Below are positions 36,637-46,398 of a stretch of 64,000 nt of DNA, in pieces. Under the pieces are notes generated by a model. The model was not told where the DNA came from. It saw only the letters and a list, made by a program, of their open reading frames with translations, and made no database searches. Each line of letters starts with the position of its first letter. Within the stretch, counting starts at the first letter, position 1. Source of the DNA: Tubiluchus corallicola (Eukaryota > Animalia > Priapulida); the NCBI GenBank assembly GCA_030141605.1, contig JAQGDQ010002411.1:6021-70020 (forward strand), given 5' to 3'. Both the position numbers and the translations under genes were made by a program.

Positions 36637-38580
36637 TTATTTCATAATCACAATATTACCTATGTTTCTGGTAATTTGTTTTTCTATTTCTTTTAGTTTC
36701 ATATGGGTAGTAAGGTGCTGGTCTAAGTTTTCGGGGTCATTGGCTATTTTATTTTCATTTTCTTTGAGTAGGGTCCTTATTTTTCTGAATTTGTATTGAT
36801 TGATGGCTTTGGGAACAAATTCTTGTAGTTTGTCTTCTTCTTTGGTAATGATTTGTCCGTCTTTAGTCCAAAATTTATAACTTAGTTTATATTTGAGGGA
36901 TAATATATCAGCAACGAGTGATGTAACCTTACTGTCTATGTGTGTATGTAGGTATTTTTCTATATTAAATTCGGGGGTATTTAAGTTTTCCTTTATTTTG
37001 TCGAAAATGAACTGATAAGTGGGGTTGACAGAGTAAAGCTCGTCTCCAAATATTTGAAGAATAATATATTCCTTTACCGTAGTAGTTTTAGTTTCTCCTT
37101 CTGTATTTTGAATAAATATATTATTTTCTCCATAGTGTAGCAACAGGTATATAAGGCGTTTTTCTTCGTTCTCACAAGGGTTTTCTTGAGGTTTTTCGCC
37201 TTGAGTTTGTTTGGTTTCGGAGGAAGTTTCGGATGTGTGGGTAGGCTCTGTTTTTTTGTAGGTTTGGGGTTTGTGTGTGGTGTTTCTTATTTTTTGAACT
37301 TCGCTATATAATATGTTTTCTTCTACTTGTAGTAAGGTGCTGGTTTCTTTTAAATATACTGAACGTATGATTTGGTCAGGTATAAGGGCTATGGATTGCA
37401 TAATGCTGCTAATAAGATGGGCTTTTTTGATAGGGTCTTTTTCTGCTTCTTCGAGGAGTAGTTGAGTTTTAAATTTTATAAAGTCAAGTTCATTTTTTTC
37501 TATGTATTCTTGCAAGGCTGTTGCGTTCATACTTTTTGAGAATGAGTCTGGGTCTTCATTTTCGGGTAGAGGTAGTGTTTTTACATTCATACCTTGCTCT
37601 AGCAGGATGTCTATCCCACGTAGTGAGGCTTTGATGCCTGCAATGTCTCCATCGTATATAACGGTAATATTTTTTGTGAAACGCTTGATAAGGTATATTT
37701 GCTCTTTGGTAAGGGCTGTTCCAGAGGAGGCAACTACATTTTCTATACCTGCTTGGTGTAGTGCCATTACATCAGTGTAGCCTTCTACAAGGTAACATCT
37801 GTCGTTTTTTACAATATTAGTTCTAGCTTGGTAGATGCCATAGAGGATTTTACTTTTGTTGTATACAAGAGATTCTGGGGAATTAAGGTATTTAGCAGTT
37901 TTTTTATTGTTGGATAAAGTGCGACCACCAAATCCACTAATACGTCCTGAGAGGGTGTAAATAGGAAACATTATCCTTCCTCTAAAACGGTCGAAACATT
38001 GTTTGTCATTGTGTTCTATTGTCAGTCCTGTTTCTACAAGGTATTTTTTTTTATAACCTGATTTTAAGGCTTGGTCTGTGAAGTGAGAGGATTGTTTGAG
38101 ACAGTAACCTACTTGAAATTTTTTTATAATATCATCTCTAAATCCTCTTTCTTTTAAATAGCTATAAGCTACAGATAGTCCCTCGTCTGTGTTTCTAAGA
38201 TTTTTAATAAAAAGTTCTTTGGCGAAGTCGTTGATGATAAGGAGACTTTCCCGTTCGTTTTTTTGTTCCAACTCTTTTGCTGTGAGTTGTCTTTCCTCTA
38301 CCTCTATGTTGTATTTTCGAGCAAGATATTTAATGGCTTCTACAAAGCTGAGCTGTTCGTGTTCCATCACAAAATTAACGGGATTTCCTCCCTTGCCACA
38401 ACCAAAGCACTTGTAGATATTTTTGGCAGGTGATACAGTAAAAGAAGGTGTTTTTTCGTTGTGAAAGGGACACAAGCCTTTGTAATTGACTCCTCGTTTG
38501 TTGAGAGTGATAAAATCAGAAATAACCTCAACAATTTCAGAGCGGTTTATTACTTTATCTATGGTGGATTGCGGTATCAT
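36637..38580 (-). CDS. dnaG: DNA primase
   Basis: CPFHNEKTPSF...CFGC zinc finger, KYLNSPE, VEGYTDV, YDGDIAG, DPD. Confidence 0.98.
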   Translation of the reverse strand: MIPQSTIDKVINRSEIVEVISDFITLNKRGVNYKGLCPFHNEKTPSFTVSPAKNIYKCFGCGKGGNPVNFVMEHEQLSFVEAIKYLARKYNIEVEERQLTAKELEQKNERESLLIINDFAKELFIKNLRNTDEGLSVAYSYLKERGFRDDIIKKFQVGYCLKQSSHFTDQALKSGYKKKYLVETGLTIEHNDKQCFDRFRGRIMFPIYTLSGRISGFGGRTLSNNKKTAKYLNSPESLVYNKSKILYGIYQARTNIVKNDRCYLVEGYTDVMALHQAGIENVVASSGTALTKEQIYLIKRFTKNITVIYDGDIAGIKASLRGIDILLEQGMNVKTLPLPENEDPDSFSKSMNATALQEYIEKNELDFIKFKTQLLLEEAEKDPIKKAHLISSIMQSIALIPDQIIRSVYLKETSTLLQVEENILYSEVQKIRNTTHKPQTYKKTEPTHTSETSSETKQTQGEKPQENPCENEEKRLIYLLLHYGENNIFIQNTEGETKTTTVKEYIILQIFGDELYSVNPTYQFIFDKIKENLNTPEFNIEKYLHTHIDSKVTSLVADILSLKYKLSYKFWTKDGQIITKEEDKLQEFVPKAINQYKFRKIRTLLKENENKIANDPENLDQHLTTHMKLKEIEKQITRNIGNIVIMK

Positions 38581-38584
38581 TCTA

Positions 38585-38592
38585 CAAAGGTA
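38585..38592 (-). promoter_or_regulatory. -7 promoter element (TACCTTTG) only 4 nt upstream of the dnaG ATG
   Basis: Minus strand reads TACCTTTG-TAGA-ATG. Confidence 0.7.
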
Positions 38593-38844
38593 AGGATTTT
38601 TTTAGCTTTTTACTTTTTATCTTGTGTGTCTTATTTTGGTGTAATAGAATGAGATGAATTAGCAAGTTTTATGGAAATAAAGTTTATGGGCAAAAATTAA
38701 GCCTAATTTTATTTTTATAAAGTCTGTTTCAATATATCAGGATACAGTAAGACAAGGGTAGATAAGAGGAATGGGCGTTTTACTTATTATGAAAAAATAG
38801 TTATTGTTTTTTTATATGAGAAACTAAAATTTCATACAATTGCT

Positions 38845-40101
38845 TTAGCTTATTTTTCCTCCTAATGTTTTAATGTCGTTAAAAAACTGGGGGTATGACT
38901 TTGCTATGCATTCTGTTTTTTGTATTGTTACGGGGTGCTTTGCCAGTAAAGAGGCAGTGGCGAGGGACATTGCTATGCGATGGTCGTTATGTGCTTTTAC
39001 AGTAATGTTGCCTTCTATTGTTTCGCCTTTTATTTTCATTGTATCTCCATCTATATCAATACTAATCCCCAATTTCTTATACTCTTGTTGTAATGTGATG
39101 GCACGGTCGCTTTCTTTGTATTTTAGGCGGGTAGCTCCCTTTATGGTAGTAGTGCCATTACAATGTGCTGCGAGGGATACAAGGGCGGGGAATAAGTCAG
39201 GACAGTGGGTAGCATCAAAGCTAAAAGCATTAAGTTTGCCTCTACCAACCTTTATTCCCATTGGGGTTCTTTCTATTGTAGCTCCTGCTTGTGCCAAGGC
39301 TTTTACTATTTTTTTATCTGCTTGAGCCGATTTTTCTTCATCTATGCCGATTATTGTTACGTCTCCTCCTAATGCTCCTGCCACTAGTAGGCAGGAAATG
39401 CTACTCCAGTCTCCTTCTATTGTATAGTTCTGAGGTACATAAGTTTGATTACCTTGTATATGGAAAGTTTCATAGTTGCTATGTTTTATTTCTACTCCAA
39501 AGTCTTTTAACACTTGTAGTGTAAGGTCTATATAGGGTTTGCTTGTTAGGTTATGTACTTCGAGAGTAGAGTTTCCATTGGCTATGGGTAGTGCGGTAAG
39601 TAGTCCTGTGAGGAACTGTGAACCAATAGAACAGTCCAATGTTACAGTAGTAGGCTGTATTCTTCCTTTTACAGTAATGGGTAGCAGCCCCTTATTGGTC
39701 TTTACTTTTACTCCCAACTGTTGCAATGGATCTTCCATCATTGCAATAGGACGAGAAAGAAGTGAGCCTTTCCCTGTAAGAGTAAGCGGCTGGTTATGTA
39801 GGCTGGCTATGGGGGTGAAAAGACGAGTAGATAGTCCTGCTTCTCCACAGTCGATTTCTTTATTAGTGGGCTTGAACCTTCCTTTGATAATGACCTTCTT
39901 GTCTTCTAATGTATAGGTAGCACCTAGCTTTTCTACTATGTTAAGAGCAATAAGTACATCATCGCTAAGTGTGTTGAAATATAATACACTTGTTCCATCT
40001 GCAAGTAACGAAGTAGCTATAGCTCGCTGCATTACACTTTTAGAGCTAGGAGTTTCTTTTAATATGCCTTGCAGGTTGGATGGGTGGACAGTTGTATTCA
40101 T
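38845..40101 (-). CDS. aroA: EPSP synthase (3-phosphoshikimate 1-carboxyvinyltransferase)
   Basis: PSSKSVMQRA, CGEAGLSTR, SQFLTGLL, RLKYKESDR, DHRIAM, KSYPQFF. Confidence 0.95.
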   Translation of the reverse strand: MNTTVHPSNLQGILKETPSSKSVMQRAIATSLLADGTSVLYFNTLSDDVLIALNIVEKLGATYTLEDKKVIIKGRFKPTNKEIDCGEAGLSTRLFTPIASLHNQPLTLTGKGSLLSRPIAMMEDPLQQLGVKVKTNKGLLPITVKGRIQPTTVTLDCSIGSQFLTGLLTALPIANGNSTLEVHNLTSKPYIDLTLQVLKDFGVEIKHSNYETFHIQGNQTYVPQNYTIEGDWSSISCLLVAGALGGDVTIIGIDEEKSAQADKKIVKALAQAGATIERTPMGIKVGRGKLNAFSFDATHCPDLFPALVSLAAHCNGTTTIKGATRLKYKESDRAITLQQEYKKLGISIDIDGDTMKIKGETIEGNITVKAHNDHRIAMSLATASLLAKHPVTIQKTECIAKSYPQFFNDIKTLGGKIS

Positions 40102-40105
40102 TTAC

Positions 40106-40741
40106 TTATATGTGTTTGAGCAATTCTTTTATCTTTTGGGTGGTATATTGCCCTGATGCTGTCGCTTCCCCTTTGTCCATTGCTGCATAAGTAAAGGGTG
40201 CTCCTACCAATGTACAGGCGAGGCGTGTTATTCTTCCTTTTTCACCCATATTGAAAGCTACTAGGTTGTTTTTATAATGAGTATATAAGGAAATAATTGT
40301 GGCATTGTCTTCAGCAGTATGGGAGGTACATACTATTTTGGCTAAGTTTCCACCATAGGAAAGGCATTGGTCTACAAATTGCTTCAATTTTTTGTAGGGG
40401 GGTGTGGTTTTAAAGTTGTGGTAAGATATTATAACTTTGCAATTGTGCTGTTGAGCTTCTGCAATAAGCTGTTTGCGGTAATTTTCTGGGGCTTCTATTT
40501 CAATATCTATGTAGGTGGCTCCTGATTTTATAGCTGCAGTAAGCAATTGTAGTCTTTCTTTTTCGTTATGTTTTCCTTCTCGGCAGGTGGCTATAGTGGG
40601 TATTGGGCTGGTTCTAAATAGTGTAATTAGTTCTTGCTGTGTAAGTTTAAATAAATCAATACGTATTTCTGCCATCTCTACTTGTTGTAGTGCTTCAATA
40701 CATTGCTGAAAATTAAGGTTGGAAAGACTAGTACAGATCAT
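40106..40741 (-). CDS. aroD: Type I 3-dehydroquinate dehydratase
   Basis: EIRID, IATCR, YIDIE, IISYHNF, AKIV, MGEKGRITR, TASGQ. Confidence 0.9.
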   Translation of the reverse strand: MICTSLSNLNFQQCIEALQQVEMAEIRIDLFKLTQQELITLFRTSPIPTIATCREGKHNEKERLQLLTAAIKSGATYIDIEIEAPENYRKQLIAEAQQHNCKVIISYHNFKTTPPYKKLKQFVDQCLSYGGNLAKIVCTSHTAEDNATIISLYTHYKNNLVAFNMGEKGRITRLACTLVGAPFTYAAMDKGEATASGQYTTQKIKELLKHI

Positions 40742-41753
40742 TGATAATACGTTTTAATTCATTTAGTCCCATCTCTACTACAATGGCTTCTCCTATTTTT
40801 TTCAGTAAAACGAGATGTATGTTGTCACCTTCTCGTTTTTTGTCCTTATATATAGCTTCTAAGAGTTTTTCTTTGTCTAATTTTAGGTGCAATGGCATTT
40901 TTAGATTTTTCAATGTAGTGGTAATACGCTGGTAGTCGTTTTCGGAAATGAATTTCTTATAGAGAGATATTTTTGCAGCTATCATTATACCTACACCTAC
41001 TGCGGCTCCGTGGGGTATGTTGTAATGTTTCTCAATGGCGTGAGCAAAAGTGTGACCGAAGTTAAGTTTTTTTCTGTCTCCTTTTTCTTGTTCGTCTCTA
41101 CTAACTATTTGGGCTTTTATGTTGATGGAGTTTTCTATAAGTTTTTTTATGCTGTCTTCTTCAAGTTTTAGGGCTTTTTTATAGTTTTTTTCTAGGTAGG
41201 TAAACATGTTGGCATCTGCGATGAGTGTATGTTTAACTATTTCTCCTAGTCCGTTGATGACTTCTATCTGTGGTAAGGATTCGAGCATTTTTGTGTCGCA
41301 AATCACGAACTCTGGCTGACGAAAGGTGCCTATGATGTTTTTATAAGCATTGAGGTTGACACCATTTTTACCTCCTACGCTAGCATCTACTTGTGAGAGT
41401 AATGTTGTGGAAACAAAGGCAAAAGGAAGTCCTCGCATATAGGTAGCGGCCACAAAGCCTGCAATGTCACAAACAATGCCTCCGCCAATGCCAAGAATGA
41501 AGGTAGAGCGGTCAGCTTCTAAAGTTATTAATTGGTTGTATATTTTTTCTACTGTTTGCAAGGTTTTTATCTTTTCTCCTGTTTCTATGGTAATGACAGG
41601 CTCATCGGCAAAGGCTTCGCCATAGTGTTTTTTTAGGTTTTTATCAGTGATGATGATAAGCTTGTAGTAAGGTATGTAGTTACGATAGTTTTGATGGTTT
41701 TCACCAAGCAGTATCGTAGATTGTTTAGAGCCTTGTATGTATATTTCTTTCAT
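40728..41753 (-). CDS. aroB: 3-dehydroquinate synthase
   Basis: GGGIVCDIAGFVAATYMRG, TTLLSQVDASVGGKNGVN, LNFGHTFAHAIE. Confidence 0.96.
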   Translation of the reverse strand: MKEIYIQGSKQSTILLGENHQNYRNYIPYYKLIIITDKNLKKHYGEAFADEPVITIETGEKIKTLQTVEKIYNQLITLEADRSTFILGIGGGIVCDIAGFVAATYMRGLPFAFVSTTLLSQVDASVGGKNGVNLNAYKNIIGTFRQPEFVICDTKMLESLPQIEVINGLGEIVKHTLIADANMFTYLEKNYKKALKLEEDSIKKLIENSINIKAQIVSRDEQEKGDRKKLNFGHTFAHAIEKHYNIPHGAAVGVGIMIAAKISLYKKFISENDYQRITTTLKNLKMPLHLKLDKEKLLEAIYKDKKREGDNIHLVLLKKIGEAIVVEMGLNELKRIINDLY

Positions 41754-41769
41754 AGAGTTTTGTTTTGTG

Positions 41770-41777
41770 CAAAAGTA
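41770..41777 (-). promoter_or_regulatory. -7 promoter element (TACTTTTG) for aroBDA
   Basis: TAnnTTTG followed by CAC, 16 nt before the ATG. Confidence 0.68.
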
Positions 41778-42079
41778 ATTTTTATTGTGGTTTTGTCAAA
41801 ATGTTATTGTAGAATGAAACTAAAAAGCAAAGATAATGCTTTTGATGATTATGTGTTTTTTACACATTTTAAAACTCAAATTATTATGTTTTTAAGTCCA
41901 TTAAATTGTGTTTTTATAAATCATAGTGTGTAATTTTCTTTGTGAACACAAACAATAAAATACTGGGTTAATCGGATATATTATTTATTACTTTGTTTTA
42001 TTTGAATTTGTATGTGAAATTTCATTTTTTTTAATGTATTTTTATTATTGTATTTTAACCTTTAAAATTAACTTGTATT

Positions 42080-42586
42080 ATGACTTATGAAAAATTTATA
42101 TATAAGGTTTATAGGTTTAGTGATAAAAATTGGGAGCGTCTTTCTAATCCTTGTAATTCTTGGCAAAGGTTCTTATCCTTTTTGCTGTTATATTAGCTTT
42201 TGGAGTAGGGCGTGGGGTGTAAGTACTATTGGGTATTGGTAGTTATAGCTTTTGTATGGATGTTTTTTAGTTTTTTCTTGTTTAAAAAACCCAAAACTAC
42301 AAAAAGCTGGATGTCTAAGGCTATATTGGGAGTTCGGGTATGGGCAGAGTGTGGAGCTAAAGGAGAAGTTCCGAAGCGCCATAAAGGTATATTGCGTTTT
42401 TTTAGTATTGTTGCTGTTTTAGGAACTGTGTGGTATATTTATGGTATTGTAGTTCTTTCTGTGATAGATACTGTAGGGGGGTTAGCTCTGGTTATATTAA
42501 TTAAGATGTGGTTTGCAGACAGGCTGGTATGGTTGTATGAGGATATGAAGGGTACTGATGCAAGGTATAAAAGCTGGGAGTACTGA
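42080..42586 (+). pseudogene. DUF6653-like membrane protein, frameshifted
   Basis: MTYEK...WERLSNP...WQRF (ATG 42080) runs into TAG stops. The FWSRAW motif is in another frame. The original frame resumes with SWMSKAILGVRVW...KMWFADRLVWLYEDMK. Confidence 0.65.
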
Positions 42587-42852
42587 GATGTAAACTTTAA
42601 AGTCAAACTAACAATTTGTTAAGGGGGTATTATCATAATTTATTTTTGTAATATTTGGTGGGAGTTTTTGTCCTTTTTTTGCTGTTATGTTGGCTTTTTG
42701 TAAGTTTTCTATAATATTAAAAGGCAGCAATTTGAATTAATGTTGCCATATAAATTTTGCTTATTATTTGTTTAAATTCGTAAAAGTGTATGAAAAAATA
42801 AGTTATTTTTACGTTTTGAAGGTTTAAAAATATAAATTTTAGCATTTGTTGA

Positions 42853-44043
42853 ATGAAATTTTCTAAGGAGATTAAAATAGGTTTTGCAGCTTTTGTTGCT
42901 GCCGTAATACTTATTTGGGGGATTAATTTTATGAAGGGGAAGGACATTTTTTCGTCCAAGAATATATACTATGCTGTTTTTAATTCTGTAAATGGCTTGC
43001 AAGTTTATAGCCCAGTAGTTTTAAATGGTTTAAAAGTGGGTCAGGTAAAGAATATTAATTTTGCTAAAAATAATAGACAAATAGGAGATATTATTATTGC
43101 TTTAGAGTTGGAGGATGGAATAGGTATTCCTGTGGATAGTAGGGCTATTTTGCATAGTGTTGATATTATGGGGACAATGGGAATAAAAATTAGTATGGGG
43201 AGTTCTAATGAGTTTATACAGCATAAAGACACTTTGTCCAGTGAGAAGGAAAAGGGTATGTTTGAGGAATTTTCTCCTATACAAAGTAATCTTCTTCGAC
43301 TTGTAGAATCTATAGATACTTTGGTTAGTGGGTTAAATAGCGTATTGAATGTGGAGACAAGAGCTAATTTTAAAGGGATAGTTCATAATGTTAATAATCT
43401 TACTGAGGTGTTGGATAAAAATATAAAAGATATTTTAACTGACGTTGAGTCAATAATAAGTAGTGAAAAAATAATTCATATTGTGGATAATTTATCTACT
43501 ATTTCTGATTCGTTATCAAAGGTGAAATTTGTATCGCTTAGTGCTTCTATAGAAGAAGCAGCAAAGGGGGTTTCTGATATTTTGGCTAAGTTGGATTCAG
43601 AGCAGGGGTCGTTGGGATTGTTGCTGAATGATGATGACTTGTATGTTAATTTGAACTCAGCTACGACTAATTTAGATAGGTTGCTTCAAGATTTTAAAAC
43701 GAATCCAGATAAATATGTAAGTGTGTCAGTTTTTGGTGGAAAGAAAAAGGTGTTTTATGTAGATAAAGAGGAGTATGACAATGTATTTAAGAAGGATATA
43801 AGCTATAAAGTACAGGTGAAACAATCAGAAATTCCTATTTCTTTAGCTGCAGAATTTTTTGAGGGTGAGGAGGTAGAAGAAATTTTACATAAGAAAGTAT
43901 ATATGTATGTGGTAGGTGATTTTGAAAGTGTTGAGGAGGTACAGCAGGAGTATGAACGTTTGTTGTTGAGGTTTCCAGAGGCTAAAGTAGTTGCGTTCAA
44001 GAAGGAGGATATGATTTCACTAGAAAAAGCGAAGGATATTTAG
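42853..44043 (+). CDS. MlaD/MCE family protein with extra C-terminal SPOR-like domain
   Basis: KEIKIG...WGINFMKG, VNGL...VVLNGLKVGQV, GSLGLLLNDDDLY...NPDKYV, then an extra ~100 aa. Upstream of dnaA. Confidence 0.88.
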   Translation: MKFSKEIKIGFAAFVAAVILIWGINFMKGKDIFSSKNIYYAVFNSVNGLQVYSPVVLNGLKVGQVKNINFAKNNRQIGDIIIALELEDGIGIPVDSRAILHSVDIMGTMGIKISMGSSNEFIQHKDTLSSEKEKGMFEEFSPIQSNLLRLVESIDTLVSGLNSVLNVETRANFKGIVHNVNNLTEVLDKNIKDILTDVESIISSEKIIHIVDNLSTISDSLSKVKFVSLSASIEEAAKGVSDILAKLDSEQGSLGLLLNDDDLYVNLNSATTNLDRLLQDFKTNPDKYVSVSVFGGKKKVFYVDKEEYDNVFKKDISYKVQVKQSEIPISLAAEFFEGEEVEEILHKKVYMYVVGDFESVEEVQQEYERLLLRFPEAKVVAFKKEDMISLEKAKDI

Positions 44044-44431
44044 GAGGTAATTTTGGATAGAATGTTAAGAAGGAGTTTAATGGGGGGGCTGAAATTGCCT
44101 GCAAGTTGTTTCAATGTCTTTTTATTTATACTTATTTTAAATAATAAAAATAAATATAAGGTGTAAGCCTCTTATTGTTATTGTATTATGTGGTGTGAAA
44201 AAAGTTCTTTAATTGTAATTGCTTAGTAATTATTAAATTAAATGTAGAGTTCTTTTTTTTTCATAAGAGTGCAAGAAATTAAGTAGTTATAAATTTTTGA
44301 AAAATGCAAATAATACATCATTTTTTTTTCATTTATTTTTTTATGAAATTTGTGCTATCTTAATTTTAAATATTAGAAAAAGTAGTTAGTTTTTTATAAG
44401 ATAAATAGACATAAAAATTTGTAAGAAAAGC

Positions 44432-45862
44432 ATGATAGATAATCACATTCGAGCCTGGAGTAAATGTTTAGAAATTCTTAAAGACAATATGTCTATTGCA
44501 AGTTTTAAAACTTGGTTTAAGCCAGTTATTCCATTAAAACTTGATAAAAAGACTTTGACGATACAAGTGCCAACTTATTTCTTTTATGAATATTTAGAGG
44601 AACATTATGTTGGTATTTTGAAGAAAGTACTAAAAAAAGTATTAGGAGAAGATGCTAAATTGGAATATAATATTGTAATTGAGAATCAGAATAGTTTGCA
44701 AGAAAACAATTCTTTTACAACAGCAAATATATCCAATAAGAAAGCCCCTATTTCAGATGGCAAGTCTGTTTTTATTCCTTCAAGCAATAATGCTTTCGCA
44801 GGAAATACAAGTGACACATTGGATGAAAAAGAGCAAATTGATTCTCAGTTAAATTCAAGCTATACTTTTGATAATTTTGTAGAGGGAGAATGCAATCGTT
44901 TGGCTCGTTCTGCAGGACTTGCTGTTGCTAAGGACATAGGGAGGACAGCCTTTAATCCTTTATTTGTTTATGGAGATTCTGGCTTGGGGAAAACTCATTT
45001 GGTGCAGGCTATAGGTATAAATATAAAAAACAGTAATCCTAATAAAGTGGTATTATATACTAATGCCAATATTTTTCAAACTCAATTTACAGAGTCTATA
45101 AGGAAGAATACAAGAAATGATTTTATTAATTTTTATCAAAAGGTAGATACTCTAATTATTGACGATATTCACGAATTTGCGGGGAAGGAAAAAACTCAAA
45201 ATACATTTTTTCATATCTTTAATCAGCTGCACCAATTAGGAAAACAGCTGATATTAACATCAGATAGAGCACCTGTTCATTTAGAGGGTCTTGAGGCACG
45301 TTTGTTGTCTCGTTTTAAGTGGGGGCTTTCTGTAGATTTGCAGATGCCTGATAAAGAGACAAGGGTGAAAATTTTACATCATAGGGCTTATAAAGACGGT
45401 GTACAGGTTCCAGAAGAAGTAGTGGATTATGTGGCAGAGAATGTTAAGGAGAATGTTAGAGTGTTGGAAGGTGTTTTCATTGCTTTGTTGGCACATTCTA
45501 CTTTGATGAAAGAAGAAGTTACTGTAGAACTTGCTGAGAAAATAATTAAGAAGTTAGTAACCCATAAGGAGAGAGAAATTACAATTGATCATATACAGAA
45601 TGTGGTTTGTAGCTATTTTGATGTGGACAAGGATGCTTTACAATCTAGGTCACGTAAGCGAGAAATTGCACAAAGTCGCCAGATAAGTATGTATTTTAGT
45701 AAGAAATATACTGGAAGTTCGCTGGCTGCTATTGGTGCTAAGATAGGTCGTAGAGACCACGCTACTGTGCTACACGCTTATAAAACAGTTTCTAATCTTT
45801 TGGAGACGGATAAAAAATATAGATATTGTATAGAGGAGATAGATAAAATGCTGAAATCCTAA
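44432..45862 (+). CDS. dnaA: Chromosomal replication initiator DnaA
   Basis: FKTWFKP, YTFDNFVEG, FNPLFVYGDSGLGKTHL, IDDI, RLLSRFKWGL, GRRDHATVLHA. Confidence 0.98.
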   Translation: MIDNHIRAWSKCLEILKDNMSIASFKTWFKPVIPLKLDKKTLTIQVPTYFFYEYLEEHYVGILKKVLKKVLGEDAKLEYNIVIENQNSLQENNSFTTANISNKKAPISDGKSVFIPSSNNAFAGNTSDTLDEKEQIDSQLNSSYTFDNFVEGECNRLARSAGLAVAKDIGRTAFNPLFVYGDSGLGKTHLVQAIGINIKNSNPNKVVLYTNANIFQTQFTESIRKNTRNDFINFYQKVDTLIIDDIHEFAGKEKTQNTFFHIFNQLHQLGKQLILTSDRAPVHLEGLEARLLSRFKWGLSVDLQMPDKETRVKILHHRAYKDGVQVPEEVVDYVAENVKENVRVLEGVFIALLAHSTLMKEEVTVELAEKIIKKLVTHKEREITIDHIQNVVCSYFDVDKDALQSRSRKREIAQSRQISMYFSKKYTGSSLAAIGAKIGRRDHATVLHAYKTVSNLLETDKKYRYCIEEIDKMLKS

Positions 45863-46398
45863 GAAGGTTTTATGAAAATAGTGAAATTTACTTTGCTATA
45901 TTTTCGTTGTTGGTGATAGTAGGGATGATTGATGAAGTTAAATGTATCAGGATGTTCCACGATAAGCCAACCTCCAAGATTAAGCAGGTGGTAGTTGAAT
46001 ATGAGTTCAGGAAGCAATTGAGTTTTCTTTAAAGTATAGGGCGGGTCGGCAAAGATGAGGTCATAGCATTGTGTGGTTTTTGGCAGGTAGCGGAAGACAT
46101 CTGTTTTTATGACCTTAATAGTTAAAAACTGTAGTTTTTCTGAAATGTTTTTAATGTGTTGGATATGCCTATAGTTACTGTCTATAGCGGTAATACTTTT
46201 TGCTTTTCGTGATGCAAACTCATAGCTGATAGAACCTGTGCCTGCAAATAGGTCTAAGACACTGAGTTGTGCAATATCAAAATGATTTTCAATGATATTG
46301 AAAATACCTTCTTTGGCAGTATCTGTGGTGGGGCGCAGTTGAGTACTTTTTGGTGAGGGTATTACTCTGCCTTTGTGTGTTCCGCTGATTATTCGCAA
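45859..46398 (-). CDS. rsmD: 16S rRNA (guanine966-N2)-methyltransferase RsmD
   Basis: (M)RIISG...LRPTTD...KEGIFN, LDLFAGTG, FADPPY. The TTG start at 46398 overlaps the DUF3822 stop. Confidence 0.92.
   Translation of the reverse strand: MRIISGTHKGRVIPSPKSTQLRPTTDTAKEGIFNIIENHFDIAQLSVLDLFAGTGSISYEFASRKAKSITAIDSNYRHIQHIKNISEKLQFLTIKVIKTDVFRYLPKTTQCYDLIFADPPYTLKKTQLLPELIFNYHLLNLGGWLIVEHPDTFNFINHPYYHQQRKYSKVNFTIFIKPS

Noticed and set aside
44044-44431. oriC upstream of dnaA
   Set aside because: AT-rich but with no cluster of DnaA boxes. The perfect TGTGGATAA hits I found (43482, 20719) are isolated and inside CDSs, and the strand bias does not flip here.
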